A program made the position numbers and the translations under genes. Source: an uncultured delta proteobacterium (GTDB lineage: Bacteria; Myxococcota_A; Polyangia; Polyangiales; Polyangiaceae). Taken from it: a stretch of DNA of 64,000 nt. This document shows, piece after piece, positions 47,628-56,729 of this stretch (positions are counted from its first letter, which is position 1; the number at the start of each line of letters is the position of its first letter). The notes under the pieces were generated by a model. That model saw only the letters and a program-made list of their open reading frames with translations. It searched no databases and had not been told where the DNA came from. The stretch covers positions 608,001 to 672,000 of the forward strand of contig CAWDXG010000001.1 of the NCBI GenBank assembly GCA_963806225.1, in the 5' to 3' direction.

Positions 47628-49652
47628 CTAGGGGCAGGGCGCGTCCTGCGCGGCCGGTGCGGGCACAGTGGGCGTGCCCGCGAGCAGGCTCGCGAGGAAG
47701 CAGCGGTACATGTGCTTCGGCGGCTCGGTCTGGAATACGACCTCGTGGCCGTCCTCCACGCCGTCCTCGCGCTGCTGCACGACGACCGCGGTCGTATGCG
47801 CGTCGATGTTGCCGGTCGCGGGAAGCGGGATGTGCTGGCGCCCCGAGAACGGCAGCCGCCGGTCCAGCGTCGGAAATGCGGAGATCTCGGGCGTGTCCGC
47901 ATCGAGCGCCTTGCCGGCGAAATCGAGGCCGAGCGACAGGCTCGAGGCCTCCGAGATCGTCGGCATGATGTAGTGATCGACGATGCCCTGCACCATCAGG
48001 ACGTCGCGCGGCGCGCCCTGTCGCGGACGCTGTACGATGTACGGAGCATAGACCGGCGGGTCGGCGGGCTCGGCCGCCCACTGGAAGAGGTTCAATGCCG
48101 GATCCTGTTCGGTGAGCGAGTACTTGCCGGCGACGCCGAGCAGAAGCTCCGCAGGACCCTTCACCGGAACTGGATGCAGCTTGTAGAGCACGTTCTCGAT
48201 CCAGCTGCCCCCTTCGCCGCTGAGGATTGCGGCCTTGAATGCCGGCTCGGTCGCGAGGGTGAGCGGCGCGATCGTGGCGCCCATCGAGTGGCCCATCAGC
48301 GCGAAGTGATCGGCGTCGAAGTGCACGGGGTTGCCGCCGGTGTCGAGGCCCGGGCATGACGAGGCGTCGAACGTGAGCTTCTCGAGCACGTGCGCCTCTA
48401 GCGCGAGCTCGGCCGCGGACTGACGCACGTTGTCGCGAAGCGCCGCGGGGTTGTTCACGTTGAACATCAGGAACTGTTCGTCGCGCCCGGTGACGTTGCG
48501 CAGCCCGCCGTGCGGCCCGTCGACGCTGGCGCCCGCCCAGCCCACCTTGGCGAAGCCCAGCGCGGGCCCGGTGCCGGGGACGAGGGCGGGCCCGCCCGTC
48601 TTCGCCTGCACGCCCCGGTCGACGAGCGGTCGATCTCCACCGCCGCCGGTGCGGCTGAACAGCACGATCGGAAAGCCCGCTGCCGGCATCTTCCGCCTGG
48701 GCACGGTCACGACGATGTGCGCGTTCTCGTTCCTCTGGAATTCCGGCTTGCCGTCGGCGCCGAACAGCCAGTCGCCGCCGCTCTCGTCGAAGGGCGGCGT
48801 GCCGCTCTGGTAGTCCGGTATCTCGATCGTGGACGAGAACACGCAGTAGTCGTTGAACACCTCGTCCGCCGAAAACGGTTGGACGGGCATTGGAAGCGGG
48901 CGCGCCAGCATCGCCTTCTCGACCGCCGAAACGCCCCGGGTTGGATCGTCGGTCGTGTACACGGCGAGCCCGGCCAGGTCCGGAGCCTTCACGCCGAACG
49001 ACCCGAGTGCGGCGATGGCTTTGTCGTACTCGGCGGCGACCGCATCGCTCATCCCGGCCGGCGTATGCCCATTGACGAGCTCGGACAGCGAGCGCGGCAC
49101 GCCAAGCCGTCTGCCGCCCGCGTCGCGCGCGCTCCGGAGCACCACGGCTGCGTAGCGCGTGGCCGGCCTGAGCGGAATGCCTTGCAACGGGATCAGCGAC
49201 AAGAGGCTCTGCGTGCCGAACGGACCGCCGTCCGCCGCGAAGTGGACGGCCACCGGCTTCCGGGTACCGCGCTCGGGCGAGTTGTCGTCGACGTCGACCA
49301 GGAACACCGGCGCATCGTCCGCAAGGCTGGCCGTTGGATCGGCGTTCACGGACGTATCGAGCGGGCCGTCGAGTGCGAAGTAGATACCCGCGGTGGTCGA
49401 GAAGCCGCGGGCATCGCGCTCGACCAGCTGGATGACCTTGTCGAGGAACACGGACCCATCGTTGGGAAAGCCCCCGAGATCGGGATGTCCGTCGGTTCCC
49501 AGCCGGTTGTCGTCCGGAAACGGCGCCGCGTAGAACCCGCCCGCGAGCTGGTAGTCCGCCAGGACGCGCGTGGGCGCGCGGGGGCTCGCGTCCTTCGACG
49601 AGCACGCGCTGACCAGCACCGCGAGTCCAAGCGCGGCAGCGACGAGGCGCAT
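47628..49652 (-). CDS. Large lipase-like lipoprotein, paralog of 43891..45933
   Basis: Lipobox VSAC; PFPDD; GHSMG, QGIVDHY, DGH; shared C-terminal Y.CF..S.L.G...VPAP....PCP. Confidence 0.85.
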   Translation of the reverse strand: MRLVAAALGLAVLVSACSSKDASPRAPTRVLADYQLAGGFYAAPFPDDNRLGTDGHPDLGGFPNDGSVFLDKVIQLVERDARGFSTTAGIYFALDGPLDTSVNADPTASLADDAPVFLVDVDDNSPERGTRKPVAVHFAADGGPFGTQSLLSLIPLQGIPLRPATRYAAVVLRSARDAGGRRLGVPRSLSELVNGHTPAGMSDAVAAEYDKAIAALGSFGVKAPDLAGLAVYTTDDPTRGVSAVEKAMLARPLPMPVQPFSADEVFNDYCVFSSTIEIPDYQSGTPPFDESGGDWLFGADGKPEFQRNENAHIVVTVPRRKMPAAGFPIVLFSRTGGGGDRPLVDRGVQAKTGGPALVPGTGPALGFAKVGWAGASVDGPHGGLRNVTGRDEQFLMFNVNNPAALRDNVRQSAAELALEAHVLEKLTFDASSCPGLDTGGNPVHFDADHFALMGHSMGATIAPLTLATEPAFKAAILSGEGGSWIENVLYKLHPVPVKGPAELLLGVAGKYSLTEQDPALNLFQWAAEPADPPVYAPYIVQRPRQGAPRDVLMVQGIVDHYIMPTISEASSLSLGLDFAGKALDADTPEISAFPTLDRRLPFSGRQHIPLPATGNIDAHTTAVVVQQREDGVEDGHEVVFQTEPPKHMYRCFLASLLAGTPTVPAPAAQDAPCP

Positions 49653-49690
49653 GCCGTGACGATATCACGTCGCCCTGCGGGGTGCGAAAG

Positions 49691-51223
49691 TCAGCCCAGC
49701 CGTGCGAGAAGCCGCGCCGAGAGGTAGCGCGACATCGTGATGATTGGGGTCATCGTGTGCGTGGACGAGCTCGATGGGAACCCCGACGAATCGAAGACGT
49801 AGACGTCGCGCGTGCCGTACACGCGGCCGTCGGGGTCGGCGGCTCCGTGGTCGCCGGACGGCGCGAAGCGGACGCCGCCCTGCTGGTGCGCCGACAACAG
49901 AGGCGCGCTCACCGGATCGAACTTCAGGGAATCGACCTTGGCGAAATCCGCCTTCGACCGGATCTCGAGCGGCGGCGATACCGGCACCAGCACGCGCTCC
50001 GCGCCCGCGGCCAGGTAGATGCGCGCGGCGACCTTGATCGCCTGGCGCAACCGCGCCTTGTGGTCCTCGCGGTGCTCGTAGCGCACCAGGGGCCGACCGG
50101 ATGTCGAGACGCGCACCGCGCCGGACGGCGCATCCGGCACCAGCAGCAGCGAGGCAGCGATGTGATCGTAGGTCGTCATCGCCTGCTTGCCTTCGACGCC
50201 GGTGTACGGCAGGAGCGTCGACACGATTCCGGGCGTCCCCATGATCGCCTCGATCCGGAAGCCCCAGAGGCCATGCTCGGGATGGTCGCTCTGTTCGTAG
50301 TGCGTCACGGCGTACGACTGCGGGATGCCGCTAAACGCCCTGACCGGCTCCTTGAAGTACGCCGTCACGGGAAGCTGCGGCTGGAGCGAGAGGTGCTGTC
50401 CGACGTGCCGGTTGCCGGCGCCGGAGCGGATCAGGAGCTGGGCGCTGGCGATGGCGTTCGCGGCCAGTATCGCGACCTTCGCCCGGACCTCGAACGAATG
50501 TTGTTCGTGGTAGCCCTCCGGATCGAGCGTGCGCACCTGGATGCGTTTCACCTCGTCCCTTGCGTAGTCGATCCGCACCGCTCTCGACCTGAGGTAGAAG
50601 CGCGCCCCCGCTTCGATCGCCTTCGGAATGGAAACGAAGCGCGGGTTCCGCTTCGCGTTTGCCGGACAGCCGATGAGACAGGTGCCGAGCCCGAGGCAGC
50701 CCACACGGTTGTGGATCATCGCCCCGCCGCGGAGCCCGAGCGCTTCCGTTCCCGCACGCAGGAGCTGGTTGGCGCGGTTCAGTTGACCGTCGACGATGGG
50801 GTTGGCCGATAGATCCTCGAGAGCGGACTTCTCGTGGGGTGCGAGCGCTGCTCTCGTGAGCCCGGTCAGGCCGTAGCGGCGCTGCCAGAAGGCCAGCACG
50901 CCGTCCGGGATGGGGACGACATCGCAGGCGTTGATCACGCCGCCCCCGCCGAGTGCACGCCCCTGCAGGATCGAGATCGACTGGTCGTCCGTCGCGCGAC
51001 CGCCGCGATCCATGTACAGCTGGTCGTACATCGCGCCGTCGCGCTGCGTCAGCTGGCGGCCGGTGAGGTCCGGTCCTTCTTCCAGCACGACAACGTCGCG
51101 GCCGGCCTCCGCAAGCACGCGCGCGGCGGTTCCGCCGCCGCAGCCCGAGCCGATGATGCAGATCTCGGCGTCGAGCCGTTCCGGGGGCGCCCGCTTCGAC
51201 AGATCGACGATGGCACCGCTCAT
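49691..51223 (-). CDS. GMC family oxidoreductase
   Basis: IIGSGCGG, LEEG, GRALGGG..IN, C.G.G.C..GC, SAHQ.G, D.S.FP. Confidence 0.92.
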   Translation of the reverse strand: MSGAIVDLSKRAPPERLDAEICIIGSGCGGGTAARVLAEAGRDVVVLEEGPDLTGRQLTQRDGAMYDQLYMDRGGRATDDQSISILQGRALGGGGVINACDVVPIPDGVLAFWQRRYGLTGLTRAALAPHEKSALEDLSANPIVDGQLNRANQLLRAGTEALGLRGGAMIHNRVGCLGLGTCLIGCPANAKRNPRFVSIPKAIEAGARFYLRSRAVRIDYARDEVKRIQVRTLDPEGYHEQHSFEVRAKVAILAANAIASAQLLIRSGAGNRHVGQHLSLQPQLPVTAYFKEPVRAFSGIPQSYAVTHYEQSDHPEHGLWGFRIEAIMGTPGIVSTLLPYTGVEGKQAMTTYDHIAASLLLVPDAPSGAVRVSTSGRPLVRYEHREDHKARLRQAIKVAARIYLAAGAERVLVPVSPPLEIRSKADFAKVDSLKFDPVSAPLLSAHQQGGVRFAPSGDHGAADPDGRVYGTRDVYVFDSSGFPSSSSTHTMTPIITMSRYLSARLLARLG

Positions 51224-51783
51224 GGTGCCGCCTGCTTGAATGACGGTCCCGGGTAGTGGATGGCCGGCCACACCGCCGGGGTGTCGTAGAACACCAGCGA
51301 CAGGAACTTCTTCAGCGACCAGGAGATCTGGCGGCGCAGCAGCGAGTCGCTGTCGATCCAGCGCCTCCAGTGGACGAGCTGTTCGGCGGGGGGGAGGTTC
51401 GAGAAGGTCGAAAGGCGCCCCTCGAAAAGCAGCGGCCCGTACTCGAGCAGCGAGAGCGCGCGCTTCACGTCGCGCTTTACCTCTGGGGGTTCGTCGGCAA
51501 GGTAGCGGTCGAAGGCGCGTGCCACGCCGACCTCGTCCGCGCCCTGTTGGAAGGGGCCACCGGGCGGCAGGTGCACGCGCGCTACCGCCGACAGAGTCCT
51601 GAACTCCTGGTCGTCGAGCACCCGGAGGCCCTGCACGCGTGGCGGGCGCCCGCGCAGCGCGATCAGCCCGCCGCCGCCGGCCACGACCAGCGCGACCAGG
51701 CCAAGCCCCGCCTGCAGCAGCCTGCGCCGCGTCGGCCGCACGGATCCCGCGGCTGTATCCCGATCCGTCACGCCGGCCAGCAT
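51220..51783 (-). CDS. Gluconate 2-dehydrogenase subunit-3-like Tat-exported partner
   Basis: TRRRLLQ twin-arginine signal; FY.....W..I.YPGP C-terminus; overlaps the GMC start. Confidence 0.8.
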   Translation of the reverse strand: MLAGVTDRDTAAGSVRPTRRRLLQAGLGLVALVVAGGGGLIALRGRPPRVQGLRVLDDQEFRTLSAVARVHLPPGGPFQQGADEVGVARAFDRYLADEPPEVKRDVKRALSLLEYGPLLFEGRLSTFSNLPPAEQLVHWRRWIDSDSLLRRQISWSLKKFLSLVFYDTPAVWPAIHYPGPSFKQAAP

Positions 51784-51839
51784 ACGGCGGTTCGGGGCGA
51801 TCCTGGATCGCGCTGTTGACGTCGGTCAGTCGCCGTAGG

Positions 51840-52928
51840 CTACGGACCCGCGTCCGGGCAGGTGGACGGCGCATTGCAGCTCGACGCGCTGCAGCACACC
51901 CCGCCGTAACAGCCGCTCGTGCTGCAGGTCACGCCGCACGAAGTACCCGAGCAGCTCACCCTGCCCTGGCAGGCCGAGGTACCGCAGGCGATGGTGGTGG
52001 TGCCGCTGGCGGTGGAGGTGACCGTGCTGCCGCAGGCGCTGGTGCCGCACTTCACGTCGCAATTGGTCCCGCTGCAGCTCACCGCACCGCCGCAGGCGAT
52101 ACTGCCCGTGCAGTCGATATTGCAGTCCGTCGCCGAGCAGTCGATCGAGCCGCCGCAGGCGATGGAGCCGCTGCAATCGATATTGCACTTCGGTCCGCTG
52201 CACTTGATGTCGCCGCTGTAGCAGGAGCTGCTGTTGTTGCAGTTGATGTTGCAGACGGAAGCGTTCGTGCAGTCGATGCCCCCGCTGCACGCCGAGGTGC
52301 CGCAGTTCACGTCGCACCTGCCGGTGCCGCAGGTGATGTTGTTGTGGCACGACGAGGTGCCGCAGTTGACGTCGCAGTCGGTCGCCCCGGAGCAGTCGAC
52401 TCCGCCGGAGCAGTCGGCGGTGCCGCAGTCGACGCGGCATGCGAGCCCCTTCGGGCAGACGACCTTCGAGTAGCAGTTGTTGTTCGTGCAGTCGATCACG
52501 CAGGTGTTGCCGACGCAGGTGCCCATGCCGGTGTTCGCGCAGCGCAGCAGGCAGTCGTAGGTGGGTGCGTCGGGGCCTGCATCGGCGGGTGTGCCCCCGC
52601 CGCCGCCCAGGCCCGCGCCACCGTCCGTACCCGCGCTACCGGAGCTGCCTCCCGCGCCGGCAGTTCCGGCGCTGCCGCCTGCGCCCGAGATGCCGCCGCC
52701 GCCGGCCGCGCCGCCCGTGCCCGCGCTGCCGCCGCTACCGGCCGTGCCGCCCGTACCGCCCGTGGTCGAGGCGTCGCTGCCCGCGCTGCCGCCGGTGGTC
52801 GAGGCGTCGCTGCCCGCCTGCCCGCCGCTGCCGCCGCTCGAGTTGCTGCTACTGCCGCAGGCGATGGCGATACCCGCGCCCAAGCTCACAATTGCTGAAG
52901 AACGCACCCAATTCCCAAGCCGGATCAT
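51840..52928 (-). CDS. Lipoprotein with Gly linker and Cys-ladder repeat domain
   Basis: Lipobox AIAC; ~20-aa repeats (V/I)xCGTSACxGx(V/I)xCSxxxCx. Confidence 0.85.
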   Translation of the reverse strand: MIRLGNWVRSSAIVSLGAGIAIACGSSSNSSGGSGGQAGSDASTTGGSAGSDASTTGGTGGTAGSGGSAGTGGAAGGGGISGAGGSAGTAGAGGSSGSAGTDGGAGLGGGGGTPADAGPDAPTYDCLLRCANTGMGTCVGNTCVIDCTNNNCYSKVVCPKGLACRVDCGTADCSGGVDCSGATDCDVNCGTSSCHNNITCGTGRCDVNCGTSACSGGIDCTNASVCNINCNNSSSCYSGDIKCSGPKCNIDCSGSIACGGSIDCSATDCNIDCTGSIACGGAVSCSGTNCDVKCGTSACGSTVTSTASGTTTIACGTSACQGRVSCSGTSCGVTCSTSGCYGGVCCSASSCNAPSTCPDAGP

Positions 52929-53307
52929 CCCCCGACAATATCACGCGTGGGCGCACCTTGTCGGTGGAACTACCTCATCCCGGCTAGGTGAGCGCCGTGC
53001 CCAACGCGTCGTCCAGCTCGCGCCAGGTGTAGGGCTTGGGCCGAACCGCCGCGAACCCGTTTGTGGATGGAGCACGCGACGGAGATCACGGCGCGCAGCG
53101 CCCGCGCGTGCTCCTCGAACCCGGAACGCGAAAGCGCGGCGACATCGTTGCCCGTCGGGGGCCCCCGTCACCAGGGGTGATGCTACGCCTGCCCCGGCCG
53201 CGTGCCAACGGCCATGCGCGGGGGGCTGACGCGCTGCAATCGCGTCCCTACATTCGATGGCTGCGGTGTCGACCTTGTGAAGCAAGGCCCAGACAGAGGA
53301 GGAAAGC

Positions 53308-54891
53308 ATGGGCGGGGAGACAAAGCTTGAAGGACCGGATCTTGCCGTGGGCGTGGAAGAGTCCGAGCTGTCCGACGGCGGGCTGCTGGTCGGACACGCG
53401 GCGGGACAGTCCGTGCTGTTGACGCGGCGCGGTGACACGGTGTTCGCGGTCGGTGCCAACTGCACGCACTACGGCGCTCCGCTGGCCGACGGGCTCGTCG
53501 TGGGCGAGAGCGTGCGTTGCCCTTGGCACCATGCCTGCTTCAACCTGCGCACCGGAGAGGCGGAGCGCGCGCCGGCACTGGATGCGCTTCCCTGCTACCG
53601 GGTGGAACGACGCGGCTCGAAGCTGGTCGTGCTGGGCAAGAAGGAGCTCGACGGCGCGGACGCGCGCCCTGGCGGGAACGTGCCCGCGCATCCGGCGCGC
53701 CACGCGAGGGCGCCAAAGAGCGTGGTTATCGTCGGTGCTGGCGCCGCCGGCAACGCGGCGGCGGAGATGCTTCGTCGCGAAGGCTACGAAGGCCCCGTCA
53801 CCCTGCTCGGCGCGGAACCGGACGGCCCCGTCAATCGTCCGAACCTGTCCAAGGACTACCTGGCGGGGACCGCGCCGGAGGAATGGATCCCGCTCAGGCC
53901 GGACGATTTCTACCGGCAGCACGCCATCGAGCTCCGCACCGGTGCGCGCGTCGAGCGCATCGATGGCGCTTCGAAGCGAGTGTTCATCGAAGGCGGCGGC
54001 GAGCTCGGCTATGGAGCCCTGCTTCTGTGCACCGGAGCCGCTCCGCTGCGCCTCGACGTGCCCGGCGCGGACCTGCCGCACGTCTGCACGCTGCGCAGCC
54101 TGGCTGACAGCCGCGCGCTGATCGAAAGGGCCGGCCGCGCGAAGCGCGCGGTGGTGGTCGGAGCCAGCTTCATCGGCCTGGAGGCTGCCGCATCGCTGGT
54201 CGCGCGCGGCCTGGAGGTGCACGTGGTGGCCCCCGAGGCGCGCCCGCTGGAACGCGTGATGGGTCCCGCACTGGGCGACGCCATCCGGCGTCTGCACGAG
54301 GACAAGGGCGTCTGTTTCCATATGGGCGAGACGGTGACGCGCATCGAGGCTTCGTCGGTGACGCTGTCCGGAGGCGACGCTCTCGATGCCGGGCTCGTCG
54401 TCGTCGGCATCGGCGTGCGCCCGCGGGTGGAGCTCGCCGCGGGTGCCGGGGCCGAGCTTGATCGTGGAGTCAGCGTCGACGAGCACCTCGAGACGAGCGT
54501 TCCCGGCATCTACGCGGCGGGAGACATCGCGCGCTATCCCGATCCCCGTAGCGGCGAGCACGTGCGCATCGAGCACTGGGTGGTGGCGGAACGGCAGGGC
54601 CAGCTTGCCGCACGCAACATGCTCGGCGGCGAGGTCCCGTTCGACGCGGTGCCGTTCTTCTGGAGCCAGCACTACGACACGCCCATCGCGTACGTGGGGC
54701 ACGCGGCGTCGTGGGAGCGCATCGACGTGGCCGGCGACATCGCGGCGCTGGATTCCGCGCTGGCGTTTCGCAGTGACGGCCGCACCCTCGCCGTCGCGTG
54801 CATCGGACGCGATCGCACCAGCCTGCAAGCGGAGAGCGCGCTGGAGCGCAGCGACGAAGCCGCCCTGCGCGAGCTCGTACCTCCCTCGTAG
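53308..54891 (+). CDS. Rieske [2Fe-2S]-ferredoxin reductase fusion (AIFM3-like)
   Basis: GAGGAGG RBS; CTHYG...CPWH; GAGAAG, RPNLSK, GASFIGLE, AAGD, RIEHW, PFFWS. Confidence 0.92.
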   Translation: MGGETKLEGPDLAVGVEESELSDGGLLVGHAAGQSVLLTRRGDTVFAVGANCTHYGAPLADGLVVGESVRCPWHHACFNLRTGEAERAPALDALPCYRVERRGSKLVVLGKKELDGADARPGGNVPAHPARHARAPKSVVIVGAGAAGNAAAEMLRREGYEGPVTLLGAEPDGPVNRPNLSKDYLAGTAPEEWIPLRPDDFYRQHAIELRTGARVERIDGASKRVFIEGGGELGYGALLLCTGAAPLRLDVPGADLPHVCTLRSLADSRALIERAGRAKRAVVVGASFIGLEAAASLVARGLEVHVVAPEARPLERVMGPALGDAIRRLHEDKGVCFHMGETVTRIEASSVTLSGGDALDAGLVVVGIGVRPRVELAAGAGAELDRGVSVDEHLETSVPGIYAAGDIARYPDPRSGEHVRIEHWVVAERQGQLAARNMLGGEVPFDAVPFFWSQHYDTPIAYVGHAASWERIDVAGDIAALDSALAFRSDGRTLAVACIGRDRTSLQAESALERSDEAALRELVPPS

Positions 54892-54911
54892 GTGACCGGA
54901 ATCCCGTGGGA

Positions 54912-54948
54912 ATTACATTGTTAGTGCCAATCGGTCAAGAAGTGTAAT
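54912..54948. promoter_or_regulatory. Long-spacer inverted repeat ATTACA-N25-TGTAAT, candidate PaaX-family operator
   Basis: AT-rich island ending 9 bp before the regulator start. Confidence 0.55.
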
Positions 54949-54957
54949 ACTCCAGCC

Positions 54958-55788
54958 GTGGCGACACCGCGGCCCGTGACCCCGAAGCGCCTCGTGCTCG
55001 ATCTGCTGCGCGTGGCGCGCGACAAGCCCGTGCCGGTGGGCGCGCTGGTCGGCGTGGGCGCGCTGTTCGGGTTGACCGGCAACTCGATGCGCGTGGCGAT
55101 CACGCGACTTCTGGCGCGCGGTCTGGTCGAGAGCGACGAGCGCGGCTCGTACCGCCTTTCGCCGGCCACCGATCCGCTGACCGCGCACGTCGAGCGCTGG
55201 CGCGAGGGCGAGGCGCGCATGCGACGCTGGGAGAGCGAATGGCTGCTCGTGTCGCCGCCGCGCGGCGCCGATCGCAGCACCCGGCGACACAGCCTGCGCG
55301 CGCTCGGCCTGTCCGGTTTCCGCGAAGGGCTCGATGGCCTGTGGACCCGCCCGCACAATCTGGCCGAACCGCTGTCGACGACGTTCGAACGTCTGGGCGC
55401 GTTGGGTCTCGATCCAGGCGCTCGGCACTTCGTCGCGAGCCACCTGGACGCAAAGCTCCGGCGCCGCTGGGAAACGACGCTCTGGCCGATCGAGCAGCTC
55501 CAGCGCGGCTACCGGAGGGCGCTCGACAGTGTCGAGCGCAGCATGGCGCGCGTCGGCTCGATGCCCGCCGAGCAAGCGCTGGTGGAGACGTTCGTCGTCG
55601 GCGGCGAAGCGATCCGGGTGATCGCCACCGACCCGCTCCTGCCCGAGGCGATCCTGTCGAGCTTCGAGCGCCGCGCGCTCAGCGACGCGATGCTGCGCTA
55701 CGACGAGCTCGGTCGGGGCATCTGGGGGCGCCTGCGCCGCGAATTCGAAGCGGGCAGGAGCGAATCCAGCGCGGAGGCTCTGCCGTGA
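54958..55788 (+). CDS. PaaX family transcriptional regulator
   Basis: LV..GALFGL..NS.RVA.TRL...G...RG.Y.L wHTH; LG.SGF, W.RP.N, DPLLP. Confidence 0.88.
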   Translation: MATPRPVTPKRLVLDLLRVARDKPVPVGALVGVGALFGLTGNSMRVAITRLLARGLVESDERGSYRLSPATDPLTAHVERWREGEARMRRWESEWLLVSPPRGADRSTRRHSLRALGLSGFREGLDGLWTRPHNLAEPLSTTFERLGALGLDPGARHFVASHLDAKLRRRWETTLWPIEQLQRGYRRALDSVERSMARVGSMPAEQALVETFVVGGEAIRVIATDPLLPEAILSSFERRALSDAMLRYDELGRGIWGRLRREFEAGRSESSAEALP

Positions 55789-56729
55789 GCTATCTCGACC
55801 GGGAGCAGCTCGCCGAGCTCAAGCGCCTCGACTCGTGGCGCGGTCTGGGTTCCGTCGCCTGGAGCTGGAGCGTTATCGTCGCGTGCTTCGGACTGTACGT
55901 GTGCCGGCCGGGTCCGATCACATTCCTGATCGGTTTCGTGATCATCTCGGGGCGGCATCTGGCGCTCGCGATCCTGATGCACGAGGCCGCGCACTACCTG
56001 ATCCTGCCGAACCGGCGCGACAACGATCGGATCGGGCAGTGGCTGCTCGCGCAGCCGATCATGCTGGACCTGTCCGCCTACCGGCAGATCCACTTCCAGC
56101 ACCACAAGGCAACCTGGACGGACGCGGATCCCGATCTGGGGCTCGCCAAGCCGTTCCCGATCACGCGCTGGAGCTTTGCGCGCAAGGTGCTCCGCGATCT
56201 GACGGGGCGGACCGGCTTCAAGCGCTACCGCATGATCGCGCGGCTCTCGGCCGGGCTCTCGCCCTTCGGGCGGGGGCTGGAAGGGACGCCGCTCGGCGTT
56301 GCGGTCGCCCGCTTCTGCCGGCGGCAGAAGGGCTTCCTGATCGCGAACGCGGTGCTCCTTTTGGCGTTCTCGCTGCTAGGCCATCCGGAGGCCTTCGTGC
56401 TGCTCTGGTGGCTGCCCGCGCTCTCGGGCTACTCGCTGGTGCTCCGGCTGCGCAGCATCGCGGAGCATGCGGCGGTGAGCGATCCGGGCGACGAGCTCAA
56501 GCAGACACGCACGACGCTCGTGCCGTTCTGGCTCGGCTTCTTCATCGCGCCGCATCACGTCAACTACCACCTCGAGCACCACCTGTTCATGTTCATCCCG
56601 CACTACCGCCTGCCGCGCGCACATCGGCTGCTGCGGGAGGCGGGGGTGCTGGAGCGCGCGGAGGTCGCGCCGAGCTACTTCGAGGTGCTGCGGCGCGCGA
56701 CCAGCCTGGCGCCTACTGGCACACGTTGA
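55785..56729 (+). CDS. Membrane fatty acid desaturase family protein
   Basis: His boxes HEAAH, HFQHH, HLEHH; GTGA overlap with the regulator. Confidence 0.9.
   Translation: MSYLDREQLAELKRLDSWRGLGSVAWSWSVIVACFGLYVCRPGPITFLIGFVIISGRHLALAILMHEAAHYLILPNRRDNDRIGQWLLAQPIMLDLSAYRQIHFQHHKATWTDADPDLGLAKPFPITRWSFARKVLRDLTGRTGFKRYRMIARLSAGLSPFGRGLEGTPLGVAVARFCRRQKGFLIANAVLLLAFSLLGHPEAFVLLWWLPALSGYSLVLRLRSIAEHAAVSDPGDELKQTRTTLVPFWLGFFIAPHHVNYHLEHHLFMFIPHYRLPRAHRLLREAGVLERAEVAPSYFEVLRRATSLAPTGTR

Noticed and set aside
47009..47631. C-terminal 200 aa of track ORF 45937..47631
   Set aside because: Out-of-frame read-through after the frameshift; the repeat domain continues in the frame ending at 47404.
46531..49668. 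Very long alternative-frame ORFs (for example 46531..49668-, 43873..46449-, 59057..61102-, 3562..5481-)
   Set aside because: Arg/Ala/Pro-rich or antisense shadows of recognised genes, typical of high-GC DNA.
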